A stretch of DNA of 64,000 nucleotides from Marsupella aquatica (taxonomy: Eukaryota; Plantae; Marchantiophyta). The DNA lies in contig OZ316898.1 of assembly GCA_973895155.1 (NCBI GenBank), forward strand, positions 12,299,187 to 12,363,186, in the 5' to 3' direction. The position numbers and the translations under genes are program-made. This document shows, piece by piece, positions 52,830 through 64,000 of this stretch. The notes under the pieces are model-generated. The model saw only the letters and a list, made by a program, of their open reading frames with translations. It made no database searches and had not been told where the DNA came from. Position 1 is the stretch's first letter. Every line of letters starts with the position of its first letter.

Positions 52830-54050
52830 AGTGTAATTAGTTTGACTAACACTAACTCGAGAGTGCCCATTTTCAGGATCTACTCGGGCGCAAATTAGTG
52901 TTAATCACACTAATTTTGTGCTACCATGATTTTCTTGCACATGAATTAGTGTTATGGTGGTCTTAAGAGTGGAAAAATAGAGAGACAAAAACTACAGTAT
53001 TTTGAAAAATCCAAAACAATTAGTGTTACTTTGGACTCAGGATCCTCCATGTTTTTGGAAGCAATTTAACCTAAAGTGGAAAAAATTGTTTTGAAAACCC
53101 ACAAATATTACTGTTATTTGGACTTAAAATCATTTGTAACAAAATTAGTGTTAATAACAATATTTTTGTACTAATATTAATTCTTGCATAACACTAATTA
53201 CGATGAATAGTGTAATTTATAAACTATGTAAACTTATGTAGTTTCATAATTTAATTGGTGGTTTTAACAAATGGTCTTTGGTGGATTCTCTGCACAAATA
53301 GACCACATAGTGAGGAGTCTCCCAATTTCTTTTTGTTGTGATTAGTTGTCTCAAAGTGGCTTTTAAAAAACCGGGGCATTTGTGATTCTTACTCACCAAT
53401 GCAAACTTGAGGTTTGGGAAATGTTTGGACCACCTCTCAAGAGGTAGTCTGAAATTCTTGTATCAGCAATTCCATGGGCGATTTCTATCAGCACTTGCCA
53501 TGTAAGATGGGTGACACCATATGTGAATGGCCCCCCAGTTCTTGTAAACCCAGTGAGGCTTGACAAGAAGCGGGGCACTTCTGATATTTATTCACCACCA
53601 CAAACTTGAGGTGTAGGAAATGTTTGGACCACCTAAATTCTCATGTCAGCATTTCCTTGGGCCATGCTATCACCTCTTGCCATATAGAATGGGTGACACC
53701 ATATGTGAATGGCCCCCTAGTTCTTGTAAAGCCAGTGACAGTGTCCGTGACTGGGCACCTCAGTTACTGTAAAGCCAGTGACACCAAATGTCAATGGGCC
53801 CACCAGTTCTTGCCAAGCCCACTGCAACCAGTTCCACTCATTAGACAGTCCAAATTTAATGTCAAAGGGAATAAAAAGAAGCAATGGTGCTGGCCCCTAG
53901 TTTTTGTCAAGCCAGTGACACCATATATGATTGCACCCCCCAAGGTCTTGTAAACCCGATTGCAGCTAGTTCTACTCATTACAGCCCAAATTTGATATGA
54001 GAGGGAATAAAGGCTAAGCAATGGGCCCCATGTCTTGTAAACCCACCTTC
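52830..54050. repeat. Degenerate repeat cluster (aattagtgtta motifs; gggtgacaccatatgtgaatggcccc..gttcttgtaaa.ccagtga units); probable DNA-transposon remnant
   Basis: Recurring motifs are visible; there is no coding signal. Confidence 0.5.
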
Positions 54051-56122
54051 ACTAGTAGTCCCATGAATTCCACAAATAGCATTCAGCATCTTGAGCAATG
54101 ATCACAATTTCTCTAGTGTGAAAGAACAAAAAAGCCCCTTTTGAAGCACATTTGAGTTCATTCCAAGAGTGAAATGTTAGATATTGCTCTAGTCTTGTGA
54201 TTCTTGTGCTAACCACAGTTAGGCTAACTCAGGTTAGGACCTAGCTAAGGTTAGCGGTAGTGCTGTTGTGCATATAGCCAGGGCTGATGCCAGACCCTGG
54301 TGGAACAAAGGCTCATTGTTATGGAGCTAGTTGAGAGATAGGAAGAGCTTGTGCTGTGGGTGTTTGGTATGGCCGGTCGGCCTAGAGTGCAGTAAAGCTC
54401 TTGTGTGTTCCCGTGGACGTAGCCTCATGTGGAGGTGAACCATGTATCTCTCTGTGTTGACTATTGTGCGTTGGATGGTTCATGGGCTTGCCGTTACGAA
54501 TGTCGTCTATGCTAAACAAGTGGTATCAGAGCAAGCTTGGGAGGTGACGTTGAGGTGATCAAAATTTTCATGACGTGTTGGTGACGGTTTTTCCAGCGGT
54601 TAGAGTCGGTGGATTTCATGGAGTTCTGTCGCATGGAACTTGGAGGTGTTGGGCTCAACGGATAGATCGGGGCAAGGGCTTTCCGACGGTGCAAAGAAAT
54701 CTCTGAACAGAGTTTGTGGTGCGGAGGAATTCACGTTTCCATCGTTCTGGATTTTTTGTGATTCGTGTACGACAGTTTTTTTCGACGGTTCTTTTGGGGG
54801 GGAACTGAGATCGTTTTCTCGACGGTGTGAGCTTTGTGGTGCGTGAGGCGTCACAACCTTTAGCTCAAATCGTAGATCAGGCAAAGCTGATCGTTTCGGT
54901 AGCTGGATTGCTGCCGAGTTGTTACCGAGTGCGACGTGACGAGTGACGGAGGTGTTCAGGTTTTTTTCCACAAGCTATGGAGCTTGTTCTCATCTGAACC
55001 GGGTTTTTCTTTGTAACGTCCGACTCGGTGGAAGAGACACGAAGTGCTACGGCTCAACGGTTTGATCGCGGTGAGGCGGTCGTTTTGAGCCCGGGATTGG
55101 CACTTGATACGGAGTGAAGGCGACGCGACGGAATTTTTTTATTCTGCTGGAGCAGTAGACTGCGCCGGTGCAATTCGGCAACATTTCCCGTCGGCGGCGT
55201 TCACTTTTCTCACTTAAAACAGCGGCGTTCAAGGTGTGTAAACGACTTTTTTGTTTTAAAGTCAAATCTTGGCTTAGGTTAGGGCCACTTTTGGTGTGTA
55301 TACACACCCTCCCGGCCCTTAGTCCCCCATCGTTTCCCCTTGTACGCCCGACCCCCCCCGCACCTTGTTTTCCCCTCATCCTTCAGCCGCGGCGACGAGC
55401 TGTGCAACACCGGCTGGCGCTTTTTGCGCGCTCGTACGCCCTCCACCATACTGTGTCGGTCGCTACCGCGGCACCGCCCTGTCATCGTATGCCCAGCCCT
55501 TTGCGGCTCTACGCCGCTTGTACGTGGCTGTACCCTCATCCCGCCCCGACGCCGACCATATGCCCTTCGTACCCCCGGCCCTTTACGGGGTATTTTAGGC
55601 TTTAAGGGGCTTAAGCACCCCCTTTAGTGCCCATTTTTAGCCTTTTTTCCCTCTCATTAGTTTGTCCCATGTGCCGGGACCTGCCGCCCTCCGTTTTAAC
55701 CACTTGGACAGGGGGAACTGCCCCCTGTGAGACCTGCTGTACTGTGCGGGAATATTCCCGAAAAACAGAGAGCTGTTTTTCGACCGTTCGACAAAGATTC
55801 CGTCCGCCGAACGGTAACTTTTTTGGTTCTTTTTCGGCGAGGATGTTGCCACTGGAGTTAGCAACGCGGCGCACCGATCACATCGCGATTCCGACGATAG
55901 GTTGTACTGGGTATTTTGGTTATTCTCCGAGGTGGTCAAAATGGGGGAGTTTCCCAAGGTTTTACCCACCCCGACCGAAATTTGAATAACTTTTCCGTCA
56001 AATTTTGATTTTGATTTTGGCTTTCAGTATTGGACTCCTAGCTTCGTGGGCTATGCGGCGGTGTTGAGTTTTGAGTTTTATGAGAAGTTTCGAAAAAAGA
56101 CGTTTTTTCGTGATTGTTTCAT

Positions 56123-57178
56123 ATGAGTGACTCAGAGGATACTGGAAGAATTGGCGTCGGTGGAGCTTCAGGATCGCGACGATCAGACGGAGAGTCTGAG
56201 GAGGAGCTGCTACCGTTTGAGGAAGAACTAGTGACACCGGTACGATCACCGGTGCGGCGTGCAGTGGAGGAAGCTGTGTTACTACCAGAGCTGTCGGTAG
56301 TAAGGAAGAAGAGGGAGATGGCTAGATTCGGAGGAATAAAGTTTGAGGTGGAGAAGTACGATGGTCGTACTGACTACTTGCTGTGGGAGAAGCAAGTGAA
56401 GGGTGTTCTACGGGCCATGGGCTTAGCTCATCTGCTCTCTTTGCGAGAGCAGTATGATGGAGAGGAGGAGATTTCTTTGAGACAGTGGAGACAGGAGTAG
56501 GTGATTGCTGTCAATGCAGTGATGCTATATCTCAAGCCGCACATCATCAAGCAGCTGGATGATTATGCGGATTACACGTCACTGTTCAAGGCTCTAAGAG
56601 AGAAGTACTACCGGGAAAATGCGTCAGACCGGCTGTACAAGAAGTCTCTCTTGATGAGCCTTAGGCTCAAGGAAGGGAGCAAGATGCAGGATCACCTGGA
56701 TGAATTTGACAGTCTAGCGGTGGATCTGTCAAACCTGGGAAAATGAGTTAAAGATGAGGATAAGGTCTTGCTTCTGCTAAGCTCCTTACCGCTGTCTTAT
56801 CAGGGCTTGAAACAGGTGCTCTTGTACAGAGATTTGAAGTCCATTTCGTATAATGAGGTGGTGAGCTCATTACTGTCTGATGATGCTCAGAAGAAGCTGG
56901 GTCTATCACAGACAACATCTTCTTCTGGCACTGCGCTGAATGTGAACAGGGGAAGAGCAGCGCAGCGCACGAATGGGCAGAACAGGTTTAGATCTACATC
57001 ACGGGGGAGATCTAAATCCAGAGGGAAATCGCAAGAGAGGAAGCCTCTTGCATGTTGGAATTGTGGCAAGTCTGGCCACATGAAAAGGGATTGTCGAGTA
57101 AAGGTCCCTACTGCCTCTGCTAATGCGGCATCGAGCTCGCATGAGGTAGATTTACTCGATGATGATGACATATTGTGA
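56123..57178 (+). pseudogene. Copia gag with in-frame stops (56498, 56744, 57176)
   Basis: Motifs KFEVEKYDGRTDYLLWEKQV and LLLSSLP, and the zinc knuckle CWNCGKSGHMKRDC. Confidence 0.9.
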
Positions 57179-60100
57179 TGTCAAGGTTATGCTCTCAACG
57201 TAGTATCAAATCCAGGTAGTGATGACTGGATTCTAGATAATTCATGTACTTTTCATATTTGCTCTAGAAGAGATTGTTTCAGTTCTTACACGATTTCCAA
57301 CGGGTCAGTGTTGATGGGAAATGGAATCCCATGTCAAGTTGTTGGACTTGGATCTGTAAGATTTCAGATGTTTGATGGTGCTGTGAGAAAGTTGAGGAAT
57401 GTGAGACATATTTCCAGCATGATGAAAAATCTCATTTCACTTGGAGTTTTAGAAGCAAATGGCCATCAGTGGAGCTCTGCTAATGGTATCCTTCAAGTTT
57501 CAACTGGTACTAAAGTTGTATTGAAGGGAAAGAGACATAGCAATCTATACGTTTTGGAGGGCAGTGTAGTTTGTGATGAAGCCAATGTAACCTTATCTCA
57601 TGAGGAGACGGCCCGGTTGTGGCACTTCCATTTGGGCCACATGAGTGAAAAAGGTTTGGTTATTCTTCAGAAGAAAGGATTACTTTCTAATTTGCAATCT
57701 TGTAAGTTGGAATTTTGTGAGCACTGTGTGCTAGGGAAGCAGCACAGGAAACCCTTCGGAGTTGGAACTCACACCAGCAAGGAGGTACTTGAGTATGTAC
57801 ATAGTGATGTGTGGGGTCCAGCCCCTACTCCCTCACATTCTGGATGGTTATACTATGTCACGTTCATAGACGATTACTCAAGGTATGTGTGGATATACTT
57901 TCTACACAATAAGTCTAATGTTTTTGCCACTTTTAAGGAGTGGAAAGCCCAAGTTGAGAATCAGACTGGTAATAAGGTGAGATATCTTCGATCAGATAAC
58001 GGCGGTGAATACAGTTCCGGTGAATTTGGAACGTATTGTAAGGAGCAGGGGATCACCCGCCATCTCACAACAAGTTATACTCCTCAGCAAAATGGTATTT
58101 CTGAGAGACTCAACCGAACACTATTGGACCGCTCGAGGAGTATGTTGAGTCAATCATGCTTACCACATGAGTTTTGGGCTAAAGCTGTCAACACTACAGC
58201 TTATTTGGTAAATTTTTCTCCATCCAGTTCTATTGGATTCAAAACGCCATTTGAAATGAGGTATGGGCGTCCAGCAGATTACTCACATCTGAGGATTTTT
58301 GGATGTGATGCTTATGTGCTTACACCTTCCCAGCTTCGATCCAAGCTGGAGTCCAAGTCGAAGAAGTGCATTTTCCTTGGCTATCAGAAAGGTGTTAAGG
58401 GTTATAGGTTATGGGATCCAGTAACCTGTAAACTAATTGTCAGTAGAGATGTGTCCTTTAATGAATCCAGATCATCAAAGGAGGGGGAGAGTTCTCAGGA
58501 CTCCCATAATGACAAGGGGAAATCTCCCATCCCGGACCGGGTTGAGGGGAAGATTAGTCATGATGCAGTTCATGACAGGAGAGATGGAGAAGCTTCGGGC
58601 TTGGAGCTGGTTCCTGTGATGGAACAAGAGGAGCAGATTGTTGCTGGGGTACCTCAAATTCAACCAGCAACAGTAGTAGATCAGCCTGAGTCATCTACTA
58701 GAAGAACTTCCAGTCGTTCTACTAGAGCTCCTACCAGGTATGGTCAATGGGCAGACTCATCTAAGCTAGATGATATTGACATTGCACCTGATGAAGATGA
58801 TATGGCTTTGATCTTGGAAGAAGGAGAGCCTTCTTCGTATAGTGAGGCTTGTGCTTCAAAGCAGAAGCATGAGTGGAATGCAGCAATGCAGAGGGAGTTG
58901 CAATCTTTGAGTGACAACAAGACATGGGAGCTGGTGGAGCTTCCAAGAGGTCAGCAAGTGGTGGACAGCAAGTGGATTTACAAGTTGAAGGATAGTCCTT
59001 CAGAGGGTGGAGATAAGATCTATAAGGCACGGCTTGTTGCCAAGGGATTCACTCAGGAGAAAGGAGTGGATTACAATGAGGTCTTTTCACCGGTAGCTAA
59101 GTATTTCACAATTCGGATCTTGTGTCAGCTTGTTGTGTTTTTTGGTCTGGTGATGGATCAGATGGATGTTGTTACTGCTTTTCTCTATGGCAACTTGGAA
59201 GAGATGATCTTCATGAGACAACCACTAGGCTTTATGAAGAAGGGCCAAGAGAACTTAGTTTGCAGATTGCTCAAGTCCTTGTATGGATTGAAGCAGTCTC
59301 CCAGACAATGGAACAAGCGGTTTGATGATTTCATGTTTGCTCAAGGTTTTACAAGGATGGTGTATGATCCTTGTGTGTATACAAAATCAGTCAAGAATGA
59401 TGTATTCGGTTTCATCATTCTGGTGATCTATGTGGATGACATGCTGATTGTGGCTAAAGATCAATCTGAGGTTGACAGTCTCAAGGTGAAATTGAGTGCT
59501 GAATTCAGGATGAAGGATCTTGGTAAGGCCAAGAGGATCTTAGGGATGGAGATTTTTAGGAACTCTGAGACTGGACAGTTGTGCTTGAGTCAAGGCCATT
59601 ATGCGAGGAAAGTACTTGCACGATTCAACATGGAAAACTGTAAGCCAGTGAATATTCCTTTAGCTTCACATTTCAAGTTATCATCGGCTTTCTCTCCTAC
59701 GGATGCTATGGAGAAAGGTCTGATGGCTAAGATTCCTTATGAGAAGGCAGTAGGCAGTCTGATGTATTTGATGACTTGTACTAGGCCTGACTTGGCCCTA
59801 GCGATGGGCAAGGTTAGCAGATTCATGTCAAATCTAGGGAAGGTACACTGGGAAACTGTGAAATGGATTCTCAGGTATGTGAAGGGAACACAGGACTATG
59901 GATTACTATTTGATAACAGACCAGATAGAACGTTGGTTGGCTATGTAGATTCTGACTATGGAGGCTGTCTGGATACAAGGAGGTCTACAACTGGGTTTGT
60001 ATACACTCTTGGAGGAGGATGTATCAGTTGGAAATCTACCTTGCAGAAGTGCATATCTCAGTCTACTACAGAAGCAGAGTATGTTGCAGCAGCAGAAGCA

Positions 60101-60397
60101 GCAAAGGAAGCAATTTGGTTGGATAAGTTGATCGCGGAGATGGGTTTAGAGCATGGAAAAATGACTCTAAACTGTGATAGTCAGAGTGCTCTTCGCTTGG
60201 CTGCTAACCAGGTGATGGATAGCAGGGTGAAGCACATTGATATCAGGTACCATTTTATCAGGCAAGCAGTGTCTGATAAAACTTTTGAGCTAGTCAAGAT
60301 TGATGGAAATCTCAATCCCGCTGATGGCTTTACCAAAGTGATTCCTTTGGAGAGTTTCTCAAGACACCGTGCTACTTTGCAGGTTTTGCAGTTGTAG
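57179..60397 (+). CDS. Copia pol (protease, integrase, RT, RNase H), open frame
   Basis: WILDNSCTFH (PR), LWHFHLGHMS..CEHC, VHSDVWGP, LRSDNGGEY, PQQNGISER, KARLVAKGF, LYGLKQSPR, YVDDML, GYVDSD and KHIDIRYHF. Confidence 0.93.
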   Translation, partial: CQGYALNVVSNPGSDDWILDNSCTFHICSRRDCFSSYTISNGSVLMGNGIPCQVVGLGSVRFQMFDGAVRKLRNVRHISSMMKNLISLGVLEANGHQWSSANGILQVSTGTKVVLKGKRHSNLYVLEGSVVCDEANVTLSHEETARLWHFHLGHMSEKGLVILQKKGLLSNLQSCKLEFCEHCVLGKQHRKPFGVGTHTSKEVLEYVHSDVWGPAPTPSHSGWLYYVTFIDDYSRYVWIYFLHNKSNVFATFKEWKAQVENQTGNKVRYLRSDNGGEYSSGEFGTYCKEQGITRHLTTSYTPQQNGISERLNRTLLDRSRSMLSQSCLPHEFWAKAVNTTAYLVNFSPSSSIGFKTPFEMRYGRPADYSHLRIFGCDAYVLTPSQLRSKLESKSKKCIFLGYQKGVKGYRLWDPVTCKLIVSRDVSFNESRSSKEGESSQDSHNDKGKSPIPDRVEGKISHDAVHDRRDGEASGLELVPVMEQEEQIVAGVPQIQPATVVDQPESSTRRTSSRSTRAPTRYGQWADSSKLDDIDIAPDEDDMALILEEGEPSSYSEACASKQKHEWNAAMQRELQSLSDNKTWELVELPRGQQVVDSKWIYKLKDSPSEGGDKIYKARLVAKGFTQEKGVDYNEVFSPVAKYFTIRILCQLVVFFGLVMDQMDVVTAFLYGNLEEMIFMRQPLGFMKKGQENLVCRLLKSLYGLKQSPRQWNKRFDDFMFAQGFTRMVYDPCVYTKSVKNDVFGFIILVIYVDDMLIVAKDQSEVDSLKVKLSAEFRMKDLGKAKRILGMEIFRNSETGQLCLSQGHYARKVLARFNMENCKPVNIPLASHFKLSSAFSPTDAMEKGLMAKIPYEKAVGSLMYLMTCTRPDLALAMGKVSRFMSNLGKVHWETVKWILRYVKGTQDYGLLFDNRPDRTLVGYVDSDYGGCLDTRRSTTGFVYTLGGGCISWKSTLQKCISQSTTEAEYVAAAEAAKEAIWLDKLIAEMGLEHGKMTLNCDSQSALRLAANQVMDSRVKHIDIRYHFIRQAVSDKTFELVKIDGNLNPADGFTKVIPLESFSRHRATLQVLQL

Positions 60398-61910
60398 TGC
60401 AAGTAGAGTTATTTAGCAATGTGTGACTATTTGTATATGGATTACTCATTCCTGTTAGGCTACGGCTTAGTTCTAGTTAACCCTTAGTTAACCCTTGTGG
60501 TTTTTAGGGGGAGACCTGGTTTGGTGATTGTCTAAAACTTCCCGCTGAGGATTCCATATGGTAGCTTTTAGTCCAGTCCCCAAGACAAGAGTCAAGGGGG
60601 AGTTTGTTAGATATTGCTCTAGTCTTGTGACTCTTGTGCTAACCACAGTTAGGCTAACTCAGGTTAGGACCTAGCTAAGGTTAGCGGTAGTGCTGTTGTG
60701 CATATAGCCAGGGTTGATGCCAGACCCTGGTGGAACAAAGGCTCATTGTTATGGAGCTAGTTGAGAGATAGGAAGAGCTTGTGCTGTGGGTGCTTGGTAT
60801 GGCCGGTCGGCCTAGAGTGCAGTAAAGCTCTTGTGTGTTCCCGTGGACGTAGCCTCATGTGGAGGTGAACCACGTATCTCTCTGTGTCGACTATTGTGCG
60901 TTGGATGGTTCATGGGCTTGCCGTTACAAATATCGTCTATGCTAAACATGAAAGAGTTGAAGGTCCCTAACTGTCCCTACCTGGGCTTTCAACTCTTCCA
61001 CAAAGTTTGTGTCTTTGTGCAAACATGTGTTTGCCAACATGAACTTGGCCTATCAATCTGTACATGTGATGCCTAGCCAAGTATCAGTAGTTTGCAATTA
61101 ACGGTAAGTCCCTAAAGTACAATGATCAGGATAGGAAAAACCAGGGGAAAAATAAACAAGTAAAATGAGAAAAGACAAAAACCTAAGTTTAAAGAAAACA
61201 TATTGCATTAAACCATTTCAGCTGTGAGGGAGTTGGGGTACAAAGTTCAATTACAATGGTAAGTAGTCCTAAGTATGATAAAGGTTGTTGTTGAGCATAA
61301 GTACACTAGTAGGCGGCTTCACGACAGGGACTGAGTCAAGTGCGACATGAATAGGGTGGAATCAATTTGAGCTTCTATGAAGTCATTTGTTATTGGAGTT
61401 GTTTACCATATATGCACTAGCAAATGCAGACCTATGGGGTGAAGTTGACAGTAGTAGACAAGTGAAGTTTGCAACTCGGTTTGCTAGGTTAGTGTGGTGG
61501 GTATTAGAGACGCCATGTACCGGTGCACTAAGAAGCATTGGACATTGCCAGGCATGACGGAGGCTAGCTTGGGCAACAAAAGTTGTACTAGGAGGAGAAT
61601 TGCCTGGACCCGGGATGAAGAGAGGATCTGGGGCATGGCCTTGGGACCACCAAAAGAGGATTGTTCAACTCAATCAGTCAGGAAGCCAACAACAACAAGA
61701 ATGCATAGTCCAACTTCTATGGTGCAATATGGGTGACGAGACCATACTAGTTGTTCATGATGCTGAGAAGAATGCATGCTATTGCTCAGGTTCTCTCCAA
61801 CACTTTGGTACACATGTGACACTTTGGTACACATGTGGCAGGAGGTGGTGTTCAATTTTCTTGGTACTCCACCACAACAATTATGGGTTGATTATGGGGG
61901 GGGGTATAGT

Positions 61911-64000
61911 TGTTGAACTAAGACGTCATTCGCAACGACCATACAACCATGACTCATTCCATGCACACGTAGTCGACACAATCTCTACGTGGTTCACCTC
62001 TTCTCCAAGGCTACGTCCACACGAACACTCAAGCTTTACTTCAAGAGTAGACGAACACACATCCTCTCCCTCTTCCTCAAGTTGCTCTATTACAATCAGT
62101 AAGCACCACACACCAGCGGCTTACACTAGCCCTGGTATATACAAGGTCACACACGACTAATCTAACCTCAGCTAAGATCCTAACTGTGGTTAGCCTAAGT
62201 GCCGTAACCTATGAGTCACAAGACTAAGAGCAATCCTTAACAAACTCCCCCTTGACTCTAGTCTTGGGGACTGCAATTTCTGCTATCCATATGAGATACT
62301 CAGCGGGAAATTCTAGACAATCACCTAAAACCATAGGTGTCCCCCTAAAAACCATTTAAGGTTAACTAAGGGTTAACTAGAATTAAGCCGTAGCCATAAC
62401 AGGATTGAGTAACCCATATACAGAAATTACATATTGTTAAGTTACTCTACTTGTGCTGCAAATGCAAAACTTGCAAAGTAGCACGGTGTCTTGAGTAACT
62501 CTCCAAAGGAATCACTTTGGTAAAAGCATCAGCCGGGTTGAGCTTTCCATCAATCTTGACTAGCTCAAACATTTTATCAGACACTGCTTGCCTAATAAAA
62601 TGGTACCTGATGTCAATGTGTTTCACCCTACTATCCATAACCTGGTTAATAGCTAGGTGAAGCGCACTTTGGCTGTCACAATGAAGAGTCATTTTTCCAT
62701 GCTCCAATCCCATCTCAGTGACCAACTTATCCAACCAAATTGCTTCCTTTGCTGCTTCTGCTGCTGCAACATATTCTGCTTCTGTAGTAGACTGAGATAC
62801 ACACTTCTGCAAGGTAGATCTCCAACTTATGCATCCTCTTCCAAGAGTAAACACATACCCAGTCGTTGACCTCCTTGTTTCCAGACAGCCTCCGTAGTCA
62901 GAATCTACATAGCCAACCAAAGATTTGGTTTTGTTTGATCTACTATCAAACAACAGACTATAGTCTATTGTGCCCTTAAGATACCTGAGAATCCATTTCA
63001 CAGCCTCCCAATGTACCTTCCCTGGATTTGACATGAATCTACTCACTTTGCCCATTGCTAGGGCTAGATCAGGCCTGGTACATGTCATCAAATACATTAG
63101 ACTGTCCACTGCCTTCTCATATGGAACCTTAGTCATCAAACCTCTCTCCACTGGATCCGTGGGGCAGAAAGCCGATGATAACTTGAAATGTGGAGCCAAA
63201 GGAATACTTACTGGCTTACAATTTTCCATGTTGAATCTTGCAAGTATCTTTTCAGCATACTTGCCTTGATTCAACCACAACTATCCAGTTTCAAAGTTCC
63301 TCGTAATCTCCTAAGATCCTCTTGGCTTTCCCAAGATCCTTCATTCAGAATTCAGAACTCAATTTTGCTTTGAGTTTGTCAACCTCAGTTTGATCCTTAG
63401 CCACAATCAACATGTCATCCACATAGAGCACCAGAATGAGCAAACCAAACACACCATTCTTGACTGATTTCGTATACACACAAGGGTCATACACCATCCT
63501 AGTGAATCCTTGTGCAAGCATGAAATCATCAAACCGCTTGTTCCACTGCCGAGGAGCTTGCTTCAATCCATACAAGGACTTAAGTAACCTGCAAACTAAA
63601 CTCTCTTGGCCCTTCTTCACAAAGCCCAGTGGTTGCCTCATGAAAATTTGTTCCTCCAAGGTGCCATAGAGAAAAGCAGTAACAACATCCATTTGATCTA
63701 ACACCAGATCAAAAAACACAACAAGTTGACACAAAATTCGTATCGTGGAATACTTGGCAACTGGAGAGAAGACCTCATTGTAATCCACTCCCTTCTCTTG
63801 AGTGAATCCCTTAGCAACAAGCCTTGCCTTGTATATCTTGTCTCCTCCATCTGAAGAGTTGTCCTTCAGCTTGTAAATCCACTTGCTATCCACCACTTGT
63901 TGATCACTTGGCAGCTGCACCAGCTCCCATGTTCTATTGTCACTTAAAGATTGCAACTCCCTCTGCATCGCTGCATTCCATTCATCTTTCTCGTCTGAAA
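61911..64000 (-). mobile_element. Second Ty1/copia element (related subfamily), 3' part: RT-RNase H, PPT, 3' LTR 61911-62242; continues beyond the window
   Basis: ORFs 63345-63968 and 62447-63280 are closely similar to the first pol but separated by a small deletion/frameshift and a stop near 63280-63320. PPT reads ctccccctt on the plus strand at ~62245. The LTR is a diverged reverse complement of the first element's LTR. Confidence 0.93.

Larger units (their letters stand above)
54175..60948 (+). mobile_element. Full-length Ty1/copia LTR retrotransposon
   Basis: 344-bp LTRs TG...CA at 54175-54518 and 60605-60948. TSD TGAAA on both sides. PBS TGGTATCAGAGC (tRNA-iMet) at 54521. PPT AAGGGGGAG just before the 3' LTR. 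Domain order gag-PR-IN-RT-RH. Confidence 0.97.

Noticed and set aside
61494-62160. 186-aa and 80-aa ORFs
   Set aside because: They run through the spacer and the antisense LTR of the second copia element, with no domain signal.

Overview
Eukaryotic land-plant nuclear DNA with spliceosomal GT-AG introns. A bryophyte, possibly a liverwort, is my inference from the very long SSR-rich leaders and a mitochondrial-type intron-maturase fragment. Five recognisable genes are present: a thylakoid bestrophin-type chloride channel (VCCN1/BEST-like, minus strand, runs off the left edge, missed by the ORF track), a CAND2/PMTR1-like multi-pass membrane protein, a SNF2 helicase (CHR24/ERCC6L-like), a PP2A B' (B56) regulatory subunit and a uridine-kinase-like P-loop kinase. 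There is also one unrecognised two-exon orphan that looks like a mitochondrion-targeted hydrophilic (LEA-like) protein behind an ABRE/CCAAT promoter. Intergenic space holds two non-autonomous Helitrons of one family filled with minisatellites, a 5'-truncated LINE, MITE-like elements, a group II intron RT fragment (probable NUMT), two tRNA-like Pol III-type sequences and two related Ty1/copia elements lying tail-to-tail (one complete, with a 5-bp TSD). No CRISPR array, rRNA or canonical tRNA was found. I see no clearly new multi-gene system. The best novelty candidates are the orphan gene, the tRNA-like structured elements and the Helitron-minisatellite family.
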